The notes below the pieces were generated by a model. It was not told the DNA's origin. It made no database searches and saw only the letters and a program-made list of their open reading frames with translations. This document shows, in pieces, positions 1-9,517 of a DNA stretch of 64,000 nt. Numbering within the stretch: the stretch's first letter is position 1; every line of letters starts with the position of its first letter. The position numbers and the translations under genes were made by a program. Origin of the DNA: a virus; the IMG/VR virus record IMGVR_UViG_3300042923_000241, positions 1 to 64,000 of that record. One strand, written 5' to 3'.

Positions 1-249
1 AAACAAGAAGCATTGAGAAGCTAAAGAAATTCTCAGTAGTGAGCATCGTTCTGACAAGCGCAATGTACATAGTCAACGGGATTTTTAGCAAAATGGCAGG
101 GGGATAGTATCAGTGTTGCCACTTCCCCTATCCCCTTTGTTCGCTGTTTTTTTATTCGTTTTATCTGGCTTCAAGCCTGTTTTTTATGGTAATGGTTCTC
201 CTATTTGCGGTACAAATATCGGTAGGAATATCGGTATAGGAGGTTTTCA

Positions 250-591
250 ATGAAATTATTTGTCCTGGCGATGCTGATTGTGTTTGTCATGTCCGGCGTA
301 TGCTTGGCAGGTTTTTTTGACAGCGCATCCGATAAAATTAACGAAAAGGTTGATAAACAAGCCGACAAACTAATGACTAAGGTTATCGCTGGCCTAGAGA
401 AAGGATTCGACTGGATTGTTAAGAAAATTTTGGGCTTTATTTATTGGGTGGTTCAAACGCTTGCTGTTGTATCGATTGGTTGGCTGCTGTCGTTGCTGTG
501 CGATCATGATAGCCGGAAAGCTGTGAGAATTTTGGTCATCCTGTGCGCGGTATCGCTAACCATTGATAAGTTGCGTAGTCTGATTAATTAA
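250..591 (+). CDS. Predicted membrane/secreted protein
   Basis: GGAGG RBS, signal-like N-terminus and two hydrophobic segments. Confidence 0.7.
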   Translation: MKLFVLAMLIVFVMSGVCLAGFFDSASDKINEKVDKQADKLMTKVIAGLEKGFDWIVKKILGFIYWVVQTLAVVSIGWLLSLLCDHDSRKAVRILVILCAVSLTIDKLRSLIN

Positions 592-609
592 TATAAAGGA
601 GTGTTTTGA

Positions 610-816
610 ATGGAAAAAATCATACGTTTAGTTAACGAGGTTGCCGAAATGTGTCAGCGCGAAGAAGTTCCATTGCTCTGCATCTATGGCAAAAGCGGTG
701 ATATTGAAGTGAAAGAATATGCGCCGGATGAAACACCGGAAATCTACAGCAAGGCGCGAAGTGTGTTGTTTAACTCGACAAAACCGAAGATGCGGACAAT
801 GAGAATTCAAGGGTAG
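610..816 (+). CDS. Hypothetical protein
   Basis: AAGGAG RBS, 68 aa ORF. Confidence 0.65.
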   Translation: MEKIIRLVNEVAEMCQREEVPLLCIYGKSGDIEVKEYAPDETPEIYSKARSVLFNSTKPKMRTMRIQG

Positions 817-887
817 GTAATCATAACTAAAAGCAAACTTGGCTTCCAGCGATTTGGTAATCTTCTCATCAAAATCTTGACCATATC

Positions 888-936
888 TGACAACATTTTG
901 ACAACATCAAACCGATTTGACAACAATTTGACAACA
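888..936 (+). repeat. Integrase arm-type sites, left arm (4x TGACAACA)
   Basis: TGACAACA at 888, 899, 918 and 929, as two pairs spaced 11 bp apart. Confidence 0.8.
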
Positions 937-1058
937 ATTTGTTGAAATATTTATTAGCATTTGTTAACTAAAAGTAGCCAAATGGAATTATGGTAAATGG
1001 CGTAGTTGTTGGAGAAGTGCCGTTTATCCTTGATTTTACTGGTATCTTTTGCTACCTT

Positions 1059-1111
1059 GCAACGGACTTCTAATCCGTTGGTCGTACGTTCGAATCGTAC
1101 CAGGCGCGCCA
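1059..1111 (+). other. att core: 3' portion of tRNA-Arg(TCT)
   Basis: ACGGA-CTTCTAA-TCCGT anticodon arm, GTACG-TTCGAAT-CGTAC T arm and GCGCGCCA end; no 5' acceptor strand or D arm upstream. Confidence 0.9.
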
Positions 1112-1146
1112 CAGTAACCACAAGGCTTCAAGAGCAATCTTGGAGC

Positions 1147-2439
1147 CTATTTTGTTGTCAAATCCGTTGCTGTTTGACAACAATTTGACAACATGGAAGT
1201 ATTTGTATTTTTTATTTGCTTCATTTTTTCTTCCAGCTTATTGGCAATTCCTTGGCGGTCTTTATAAGTTAAGTGGGTGTAGCGTTGTGCTATTTTAGCG
1301 GTTGCCCACCCTCCTTGTGCTTGTATTTCGTAAGGATGAAAACCTAACCTGAATAGCATAGTGGCGTGAGTGTGGCGCATGTCGTGAAATCGAACGCTCG
1401 GACTCATTCCTGCTTGTAAAGCAAGTTTCTTGAACTGCTTGCTTATTTCATAGTTTGGTATCAGCGAGCCGTCCTCTTGGCAAAATACATAATTGTTGCC
1501 CTGATATTTTATTCCGAATTCATCTTTCTGCTTGTCCTGGACTTCTTTATGCGTTTTTAGCGTCTGTGTGGCATCAGAAGGTAGGTCAAGACGACGATAG
1601 CTGCTGTTTGTCTTTGGCAGAGCATCAATCGTCCCTTGGCGCGTTTGCATAGTTGCTTCTTCGATAACAATAAACCCTTCGTCTAAATCAACGTTATTCC
1701 AACGCAAATTAAGCAATTCGCTTGATCGGCAACCTGTGTACCAAGCAATGACGAAGAATGCATACAATTCATGTTTGCTTGCCAACTCCAAGAATCGTTT
1801 CACTTCTTCGTCTTCAAACGGAACTATTTCGCTTTCGTCTAGTTTTGGTTTGTCAAGTGAAGCACAAGGGTTTTTGTCAACGATCTCAAATTTCACAGCT
1901 TTATCGAATGCAGCGTTGAGCATAACAAACAAATATTGAATTGACCGCTTAGACAACCGTTTGGCGTTCTTAAAATCTTCTTCTGTTGGATTCTTCTTCT
2001 TGCAAACAGGTGAAGACTTTCTCTCTACAAGAAAATCACTAATATGGACAGGTTTAATATCTTTTAGCTTCATGTTGCCTAGTTTCGGCACAACATGAAT
2101 ACGATTCAGCGATTCATAGCGTTCCCACGAATTTGTACGGACGGTATCGACTTTTATTTTATACAACCAATCTTTCATCCATTGCGCTAATGTCATATTG
2201 TCATATTTAGCGGTAGGAGAATTTGCTTGTTTCGCCTTCTCTGCCAGTTCTTCTGTTTCTTTTTTGTAGTTTATTTTGAATTCTTCTCTTTGACGTATTG
2301 CATCCGCTTCGCTAATTGTACTGTAAAGCGTCTTGATTTTCTTTTTTCCTGTTTCTCTTTCAATATATGTGCATGTTTTTGACCATCTGCCGTCTTCTCT
2401 ATTCGGAGGTGGTGCTTTTTCTTTTGCCACAACTTTCAC
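1147..2439 (-). CDS. int: Tyrosine recombinase / phage integrase
   Basis: TGCRSSE (catalytic R), FHDMRHTHAT (HxxR), GW, and RYTH (catalytic Tyr); adjacent to att. Confidence 0.95.
   Translation of the reverse strand: MKVVAKEKAPPPNREDGRWSKTCTYIERETGKKKIKTLYSTISEADAIRQREEFKINYKKETEELAEKAKQANSPTAKYDNMTLAQWMKDWLYKIKVDTVRTNSWERYESLNRIHVVPKLGNMKLKDIKPVHISDFLVERKSSPVCKKKNPTEEDFKNAKRLSKRSIQYLFVMLNAAFDKAVKFEIVDKNPCASLDKPKLDESEIVPFEDEEVKRFLELASKHELYAFFVIAWYTGCRSSELLNLRWNNVDLDEGFIVIEEATMQTRQGTIDALPKTNSSYRRLDLPSDATQTLKTHKEVQDKQKDEFGIKYQGNNYVFCQEDGSLIPNYEISKQFKKLALQAGMSPSVRFHDMRHTHATMLFRLGFHPYEIQAQGGWATAKIAQRYTHLTYKDRQGIANKLEEKMKQIKNTNTSMLSNCCQTATDLTTK
1153..1193 (+). repeat. Integrase arm-type sites, right arm
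   Basis: TGTTGTCA (inverted) at 1153; TGACAACA at 1175 and 1186. Confidence 0.8.
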
Positions 2440-2445
2440 TCCTTG

Positions 2446-2610
2446 CTACGTTGATTTATTTATATTGTGTTTTATCAACAGATCAGCAAAGGCTTCTTCT
2501 GTCAATTTAGAAATAGGGATTCTCGTTTTACTTGACAGTTCGCGAATCTGTTTGGCTTGCTCTTTTGGTATTGTTGTGTTCAGATATTCTCTATATCGTA
2601 ATTCACCCAT
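2446..2610 (-). CDS. Ribbon-helix-helix DNA-binding protein
   Basis: LNTTIPKE...LSSKTRIPISKLTEEAFADLL fits the RHH_3-type pattern; GAGGTGG RBS. Confidence 0.75.
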   Translation of the reverse strand: MGELRYREYLNTTIPKEQAKQIRELSSKTRIPISKLTEEAFADLLIKHNINKST

Positions 2611-2859
2611 TAATAACCACCTCGCCACTACTATACCAAAACAGCAAATTACTGTAAGCTAGTTGTAGCTTGTAGTAGCTTGTGGCAATTAATGATAAAT
2701 GATATGATAAGGGTGTTTTTCGACACGGCTTTTGTATTTATTTGACGAGAATTGTCGAAACATTTTATTCTATGTTAAGCAGGACTTTTGTTCCGTATTG
2801 CGTACTGAATCGACATAAGAGTGTTAAAAATGTTATACTAATTATTTTTTGTCACTATT

Positions 2860-3216
2860 ATGGCGATATTATTCTCCGAGAAGGGAGTCGTTATCGCTAC
2901 TCGTAACAGGATTCGTGACATTCGTTTAAGCAAAGAAATGACGCAAAAAGAATTAGCACGAAAGGCGGGGATGAGCCAGACAACAATATCGGATATGGAA
3001 AACTCAATGGTCAACATTACCGAGAAACAATTAGACAAACTAGCCGACGCTCTTGGCGTTGAAAAAGGGGAGATATTGCTCGACTTATTGAAAGTTTCCG
3101 CAATTATTTTTATACGGGTTGCAGGAATTCTACAGCAAGACACAGAATTGTTTTCAAAGCATTTCATCGAACAAGCGTTCTCCCTGTGGAGGTGTTGTAT
3201 TAATGGTACAACCTGA
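2860..3216 (+). CDS. XRE-family HTH regulator
   Basis: NRIRDIRLSKEMTQKELARKAGMSQTTISDMEN; start uncertain. Confidence 0.8.
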   Translation: MAILFSEKGVVIATRNRIRDIRLSKEMTQKELARKAGMSQTTISDMENSMVNITEKQLDKLADALGVEKGEILLDLLKVSAIIFIRVAGILQQDTELFSKHFIEQAFSLWRCCINGTT

Positions 3217-3335
3217 GTACATCGTCATGCCATTGCGGAACAGAAAATGGGTGTTTAGAGAAGGTGTGTATTTAGTCAATCCGGATTACCTAAAGTTGTT
3301 TTTGTCGTATTTCAAGTAATGAAAAACGCAGGGCT

Positions 3336-3731
3336 TTATCGGCTCTGCGTTTTTCCTTTTAATTGGCGTATTGCTTCTAATTGAATTGCCAATTCTTCTG
3401 GCGTTACGTCGTAGTCGATTGCTCTGTCTATAATTACATCATATGGCGTTCGGGTATCTCTCTTTTGGTCTTCTTCTGGCATTAAATCTCGCAACACAAG
3501 TTTTACGTCATCTTCTGCAAGAAAGTCTAGCGACACGTTTAATACTCTGGCAAGTTTAATTAACGTTTCCAAGCTTGGCTTTTTGCGATCTGTTTCAAGA
3601 TGATTAATAAATGAACGACTTAATCCAACTAGTTTTCCTAATTCTTCTTGCGTCATTTTCTTTTCGTCTCTTGCGTATCGAATCCGCTTTCCCAAAGTTA
3701 AATAGATACTATTAGTACCCAAAACGATCAC
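3336..3731 (-). CDS. XRE-family repressor (CI-like)
   Basis: HTH MTQEELGKLVGLSRSFINHLETDRKKPSLETL; divergent from the lytic operon. Confidence 0.85.
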   Translation of the reverse strand: MIVLGTNSIYLTLGKRIRYARDEKKMTQEELGKLVGLSRSFINHLETDRKKPSLETLIKLARVLNVSLDFLAEDDVKLVLRDLMPEEDQKRDTRTPYDVIIDRAIDYDVTPEELAIQLEAIRQLKGKTQSR

Positions 3732-3830
3732 CCCTAGTTATAATATGCGATATATATGTTATTGTACAAGTTGTAATTTTTTCCTGCGTGACTAAAAGTA
3801 GATTTATTTACATATACTAATAAATTACGC

Positions 3831-3859
3831 TTGACAAAAGATAACCAAGGTAGCATAAT
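3831..3859 (+). promoter_or_regulatory. Sigma-A promoter of the rightward early operon
   Basis: TTGACA-N17-CATAAT. Confidence 0.75.
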
Positions 3860-3951
3860 GTAACCAGAAGCAGAATATAATGGTAAAATACAATCAAAGA
3901 CTTTTATTTTTAGCTAAGAATGCTACCAAAGTAGCAAAAGGAGGTGGTAAT

Positions 3952-4149
3952 GTGGAAAAAATGAACATCGGCACAAAAGAAGCAGCAGAACGCTCCGGAT
4001 TGAGCATTAAGAAGATTCGCGAACTTTGCAAAGTTCCCGGTTTTCCCGCTTTTCTTTCTGGAAAACGCAAAATTCTTATCAATGTTGCGAAGTTTGATAA
4101 GTGGCTAGAAGATAAAGCCGACAGGAGATCAGGGTTTAAGAAGAGTTAA
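3952..4149 (+). CDS. Excisionase-like HTH DNA-binding protein
   Basis: IGTKEAAERSGLSIKKIRELCKVPGFP...FDKWLE; GGAGG RBS. Confidence 0.8.
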   Translation: MEKMNIGTKEAAERSGLSIKKIRELCKVPGFPAFLSGKRKILINVAKFDKWLEDKADRRSGFKKS

Positions 4150-4234
4150 TTTTTTTACAGGCAAACAGGACAGACTCCCTCATTATATTCTATCCCATCC
4201 AAACGGAAAATATACCACCGAAAGGAGAAAAATT

Positions 4235-4444
4235 TTGTCGCCATTATCAGACGAAGAAAACGCCAGACGAGAACGCCTAATTCGACTGGGAATGTCTTAT
4301 CACGATGTAGCAAGAATCTGCGGAGTGAGCCACAGCTCGATTATCGACTGGTGTGAACTGCGAGGAATTAAGTCTATACATAAAGTCGGTGGCCCAAGAA
4401 GAAGTCTTTTCCCAAGTACGGATAAACGTTTTTACGAGGTGTAG
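4235..4444 (+). CDS. Small HTH protein
   Basis: GMSYHDVARICGVSHSSIIDW. Confidence 0.7.
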   Translation: MSPLSDEENARRERLIRLGMSYHDVARICGVSHSSIIDWCELRGIKSIHKVGGPRRSLFPSTDKRFYEV

Positions 4445-4447
4445 AAG

Positions 4448-4921
4448 GTGGATTGGAAAACAAAACTTCGCTCACTTATTGACCCCAAAAAGCCAGCAGC
4501 AGAATCAGAACCCGAACCAACTCAACTAACAGCAAGTCAAGTCATTAACATCGTTTCCGATTTTGTCTATCTTGCTGAAAACATCCAGGCACAGTACGAC
4601 TTCAATTATCAGCAGGTCGGTAACACAGATCAAGAAACATCTGAATTACTACACGAAATTGAGATCATTTCTTTGGACGCTTGTTACGGTTGGAAAATAT
4701 TAAGGGATGTCAAAAAGGTTAGGCAAGACAGGAGGTATTACAAAGATCAAAACGCAGTTATTGGGTATATGGCAAATTATATAAATCAAGATAGTCCACT
4801 AACACGAGAATTACGGAACTTACTAGCACAAATGAACGGCAAGATTGAGTATCAAGCAAACAGAGTTTATCATCCGAAAATCAGACAAGATTTAAGATGT
4901 GCGACAAGGGAGGAAAATTAG
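4448..4921 (+). CDS. Phage hypothetical protein
   Basis: 157 aa ORF within the operon. Confidence 0.7.
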   Translation: MDWKTKLRSLIDPKKPAAESEPEPTQLTASQVINIVSDFVYLAENIQAQYDFNYQQVGNTDQETSELLHEIEIISLDACYGWKILRDVKKVRQDRRYYKDQNAVIGYMANYINQDSPLTRELRNLLAQMNGKIEYQANRVYHPKIRQDLRCATREEN

Positions 4922-5116
4922 TTGGAAGGGTTAGGACTTTGCGGAATATGGCGAGTAAATCCTGTCAAAAAGATTGACGCAATTCAAACAATTGGTCATA
5001 AGGTCTATTGCCCAAACTGCGGAAGTGACCATATTTCAAGAGAACAAAGAACCTGTTTCGGCACTCCTGGTTACATCGTTGAAGCGACTTGTCGAGAGTG
5101 TAAGACTAAGTTTTAG
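4922..5116 (+). CDS. Zinc-ribbon protein
   Basis: CPNC...CREC. Confidence 0.6.
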   Translation: MEGLGLCGIWRVNPVKKIDAIQTIGHKVYCPNCGSDHISREQRTCFGTPGYIVEATCRECKTKF

Positions 5117-5279
5117 GAGGTTAGCATATGTGCATCTGCCGAACCTGCGCTGACTGCAAAATATCCGAATCCGGTCTGAGTTGCAAGCATGGCGAACGTT
5201 GGTGTTCAAGTACGGCGTGTCTGACTTGCACTTGGCACAAAGTTAAGTGCGGACTGTATGTCGAGAGGGAGGACAAGAA

Positions 5280-5552
5280 GTGAACGAAATTGAGAAACTT
5301 GAAAGCGGTGATTTAGCACTTGTAGCATTTTATAAGTGTGGTAGTTATGAATCTGTTGACCCGATTGCAGTCGTTAACCTTGCCAAACTCGGACAAGCCA
5401 CAAAGCGGTACATTGCAGAACTGGCCGAGCATCACAAAACAAGCACTAACGACGATGAGTTTTATCCCTGTCTTGATCTTCTTTATGACGCAGAAGGTTG
5501 TGAAGGTTGCAAACTTGCTGAGATTTGCGGGTTGATTGCGGAGGAAAAATGA
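5280..5552 (+). CDS. Cys-rich protein, paralog of 57097..57270
   Basis: DEFYPCLDL...CEGCKLAEICGLIAE; GGAGG RBS before GTG. Confidence 0.65.
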   Translation: MNEIEKLESGDLALVAFYKCGSYESVDPIAVVNLAKLGQATKRYIAELAEHHKTSTNDDEFYPCLDLLYDAEGCEGCKLAEICGLIAEEK

Positions 5553-6205
5553 TTATCGTCCCGTGGCGAAGCTGCAAAACGCATGATTCAAGAGTTGGAT
5601 AATCCGACGCCAGAACAATTAGAAAAACAAAAGAAGGTCGGCGAGATGGTGAGTGAACTAGCAAGCGTATTTCGGAAAGAGATGACAACCGCAGACAAAT
5701 ACTGTGAGGTCGGAATACCAAAACAGTTATGTTGGTTTTGTCAGAAAAGATATGGAGTTTGCCGACAGTTGACGAAGGAGGACAATCATGGACAATCCAC
5801 TTAGCGGCGCACAAGGACTTGTTAACGGCTTTATCCTAGCATCAGCCTTTTGGATTATCGTCTACGCTCTGTCTCTGTTGTGGTGGAAGTGATGGAATGG
5901 ACTTTGAGGTTTTTGAAGCATTACTAGCGGTTCTGATGATTCCTGCGATGCTGTTTGCGGCGGCATTAGCACAATAGGAGGTAGTAAAATGCCAAGAGTG
6001 CCATTTTATCGGCGCAGAGATTGGTCGGATTGGATTCCCGTATTGTCGGTGTTTTTACTTGGCTTTATTTGCGGGGTGATAGCACTATGGTAAAGAAGTT
6101 TGTTCCTCCGTCAGATGAAGTTAGAAAACTTGCGGTTATGGTGTATGTTTCCGCTTGTCTACGAGAACAGCGAATTGATTTGAGAAAATGGAAGGGGAAA
6201 TAAAA

Positions 6206-6478
6206 ATGTTATCGTCAGTATTCAATCGGTTTTATCAAATTAATGCGATCAAGGCCACGCTTGCTATGTTCGAAGGCAAGGTATCAAAGCGCACACAAGC
6301 GGCATTAGACAAGGCACATTTGATTGTCAGATTGCGTTGCAAGTGCGGTGCTACGGCAACACTCAGAAAGATAAACGGTCAGCATGTTTGCGAACATTGC
6401 GTTGCGAGATTGTCTGACAGGGCACAGCAGTTGTTGACATTGCCGCGCAGAGAACGGCGTAAATTAGGCGTTTGTTAA
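6206..6478 (+). CDS. Zinc-finger hypothetical protein
   Basis: CKC...CEHC. Confidence 0.6.
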   Translation: MLSSVFNRFYQINAIKATLAMFEGKVSKRTQAALDKAHLIVRLRCKCGATATLRKINGQHVCEHCVARLSDRAQQLLTLPRRERRKLGVC

Positions 6479-6501
6479 GAAAAAAATAAGGAGTGGTAGA
6501 A

Positions 6502-6741
6502 ATGACAACATTTGAAAAAGTGCGGGAAATCATCGCAGAGCAGTTGGGTGTAAGTGAAGGCGACGTAAAACTTGAAACTACCTTTGGCGGTGATCTTGGT
6601 TGCGATTCTTTAGATAATGTTGAATTGGTAATGACCTTTGAAGAAGAGTTTGATATTGAGATTCCAGATTGCGACGATGACTTATTCAACAAAACCGTCC
6701 AAGATGCAGTTAACTACATTGAAAAGGAGTGTTCCAAATGA
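6502..6741 (+). CDS. acpP: Acyl carrier protein
   Basis: [15 protein letters not shown]...[26 protein letters not shown]; DSL phosphopantetheine site intact. Confidence 0.92.
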   Translation: MTTFEKVREIIAEQLGVSEGDVKLETTFGGDLGCDSLDNVELVMTFEEEFDIEIPDCDDDLFNKTVQDAVNYIEKECSK

Positions 6742-7209
6742 AAAAGCACAAAAACGAGTTAGTTGCAAATCCTGGTTGCGAAGATTGTTCAAAGCATTGC
6801 AAATATCAGAAGATGACTACCGTAAAAACTGTTGTTGTCAATGGCAAGTATGGTTGCAATACGTCAAAGGGGTGGTAGACATGAAGTATGTTGCATATGC
6901 GTTTTGGGCGCTTTTCTTGCTCTGCTTGTTATGGGATTCCTTCCCGTTTATGCCAAGTTTGGCGTTGGTTTCTTCTTCGGCAGTATAGGAATGGCAATTC
7001 TTCTTTCGGACGACTAATCAAACGGAGGTAACAGCGAGTGACTACTTCTGATTTTCAAGCAGGTTACAATGCGGCTATCTTTTCGCCAATTCTCAAAGAC
7101 CTATCTGTAGAACAACTCATAGACTGCGCTGTACGTCACATTGCAAGCGGATTTGAACACGATCTTGGTATGGCACAAGGACTATTCGATTTAGCGAGGG
7201 GGAAGGAGA

Positions 7210-7632
7210 ATGGGACGGGTAATTAAGTTTCGCGGTTGGGATACGGTCAAAAAAATAATGTATTCTGCAGAAGAAATGGGTGCAGACGAATTAACACTTA
7301 ATCCGGATGGACGCGGTTTTGTTAATGTCAATTCTTGTTCGCCAAAATTAAGTTTATATTGTCCGCACATCATTCCTTTGGAATCAACTGGACTGGCAGA
7401 CAAATTCGCTGACGAATTGTTTCAGGCAGACTTAGGAAAAGACCTACGTGGCAATCTGTATGAAATTGTTTGGATGGACAGAGAAGCGGGTTGGGGAGCG
7501 AAGAACCTTTCAGATACAGGCGAACATCCTGAATGTAACCCTTGCCGAATCAGTTATGGCTGGTTGAAAATGCAAAGGTTTGAGAAAGTCGGAAACGTTT
7601 ACGAGAATAGTTACCTGCTAGGCGGTGATTAA
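7210..7632 (+). CDS. YopX-family protein
   Basis: IKFRGWD N-terminus, STGL.DK, VGNVYEN..LL C-terminus. Confidence 0.85.
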   Translation: MGRVIKFRGWDTVKKIMYSAEEMGADELTLNPDGRGFVNVNSCSPKLSLYCPHIIPLESTGLADKFADELFQADLGKDLRGNLYEIVWMDREAGWGAKNLSDTGEHPECNPCRISYGWLKMQRFEKVGNVYENSYLLGGD

Positions 7633-7730
7633 ATGTACCGCGAGACAGGCAAACGTGCAAGAAAGATACTCAGCAACGGCAGACATGAAATCTTTGTTGA
7701 GATTTACAAGGAAAATGTGTTGGTCGAAAT

Positions 7731-8276
7731 TTGGTTTGGGAGGAAGGTATCTTGAAATTCAGACTAAAAACACCGGATGAAATCGACTTTTCAAAACTCA
7801 TTAAGTCGTTTCCGAAAGGTTCAAGAATTGGACTATACAGCGATGAAAACATTAACCTTGTAACAAACACGCACTTTATGCTCAATATTAGCGAAGAAAT
7901 GATGTGGCGGTTGCAATGTAAGTTTGAGATTCGCTGGAATAACGGGTGGTATTATGTCGGCGGCGACAACCGGAAAAAGACTGAACAATCAAAAATGATG
8001 GAACTGTATAGTTCTATTACAACCAATCCTGACTTGAAGCCGTTTGAGGTCACTAACTTGCGGACAGACGACTGCGATTTACTAGTTGGAGCAGACGGAT
8101 ACGCTATTGTCCAAACCAAATACATGAACCTATTCTCAGACATTCAGAACATCAAAGCACTAGATCAATGGAGTCCATTTTTGATTAACAACCAACACAT
8201 TGTCACTCCTGTTCGGTATGGCGAAGGAAGTATTGAGAAGTGGTTAAGGCCAATTAAACATGAGACAGCGGTATGA
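7731..8276 (+). CDS. Phage hypothetical protein
   Basis: 181 aa ORF in operon; start uncertain. Confidence 0.6.
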   Translation: MVWEEGILKFRLKTPDEIDFSKLIKSFPKGSRIGLYSDENINLVTNTHFMLNISEEMMWRLQCKFEIRWNNGWYYVGGDNRKKTEQSKMMELYSSITTNPDLKPFEVTNLRTDDCDLLVGADGYAIVQTKYMNLFSDIQNIKALDQWSPFLINNQHIVTPVRYGEGSIEKWLRPIKHETAV

Positions 8277-8883
8277 CATTTTCAATCCTGTTGCGGTGAT
8301 GGAGTTAAAACTACACAGGGACAAGCTATATAGCAAATTAGAACCGCTTTATCTCAGCTTATATTACGAAAAAGACGCAGTAAAATTCAAGTTCCAAGAC
8401 CAGTACATATCAGCATTAGTCAATCAGATTAAGCGGTTGGACAAGCAGTTGGAATCAGTGAATGTTTAAGGGAGGAAGAGAGAAGTGGAACGAAACGATT
8501 GTGATACTTGTAAATACTTAGAAAAATCTTCTATAGAAGAACCTTGCAAAACCTGTTGTGATTATGCGCCAATTGCAATGTTCTCGCGATGGGCAGAACG
8601 GGAGGAACGGAATGAGACTAATTAAAAAACTCTGGCTTTGGCGGTTTGAATTAAAAATCAGCAAAGTCAAAGACAATGAGAAGATCGAGTTTTTGGCAAG
8701 GGAATTACTGAAAGAGTTGGAGGGACAGGGGTATTCATTGAAAAGCACAGACGGTGTTTACGGTGTTGACCTCAGTATATATCCCACTATTAACAACATG
8801 TTTAGAGTTCAAAACTCTTTAGCAGGATGGTTAATCCCTTGCGGTACATATCAACCTGTGATTAAGAAGGAGGTAACGGAATA

Positions 8884-9312
8884 ATGTTTGGTTGGGTTAC
8901 AAGTGACGTTAAGCCTGGTTTTGAGGGCAAGAAGTTTAATGTCGATGACGCAATGCGCCGACTCGAAGAAATAAAAAAAGAAGAAAAAGAAAAGCAACAC
9001 GAACAAGCTCGAAATATTATGGCTTTAGAATCAAAACTACATAAAGTCGAATCGGAATTGGAGATTGCAAAAATTCTTGCCGAGAACTTAATTTATCACA
9101 AGGAAAATGACGAATTATTTCCTACGAAACTCATTCAATTCCGGCAAGCACGGTTAAACAAGAATGACGACGTAGAAATGGTAATTTGTGAGCGTTTCGG
9201 CAAAACGCCATTGATTTGCAAACAAGACGAAGCAATTCAACTTCGCGACTTCCTCTTAAAGCACTTCCCAGTTAATGAAGTTGACATTGAAAAGCCGGAG
9301 GTATCGGAATGA
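8884..9312 (+). CDS. Coiled-coil hypothetical protein
   Basis: GGAGG RBS; abuts or overlaps neighbouring ORFs. Confidence 0.65.
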   Translation: MFGWVTSDVKPGFEGKKFNVDDAMRRLEEIKKEEKEKQHEQARNIMALESKLHKVESELEIAKILAENLIYHKENDELFPTKLIQFRQARLNKNDDVEMVICERFGKTPLICKQDEAIQLRDFLLKHFPVNEVDIEKPEVSE

Positions 9313-9517
9313 GCAAGGCAACTACCGTTAAGGCGTTAATTCTAGCAGAGTCGGCAAGAATTATTGAACTTCTTAATCTGATTCCAGATGAAAATCTCAA
9401 ATACAGCAATTGGGAATATTCAAAAGAAAAAGCTGAATTGAAAGCGAAAATGGCAGAACTTCGGCGAGATACTATTGCGTTAGAAAAGATTCTGTACACC
9501 TACGGAGGTTGCAACGA

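Noticed and set aside
1030-1111. Complete tRNA-Arg gene
   Set aside because: The 5' acceptor strand and D arm are absent; only the att core portion exists
1006-1188. 60-aa ORF across att
   Set aside because: No RBS, and it overlaps the att core and the end of int
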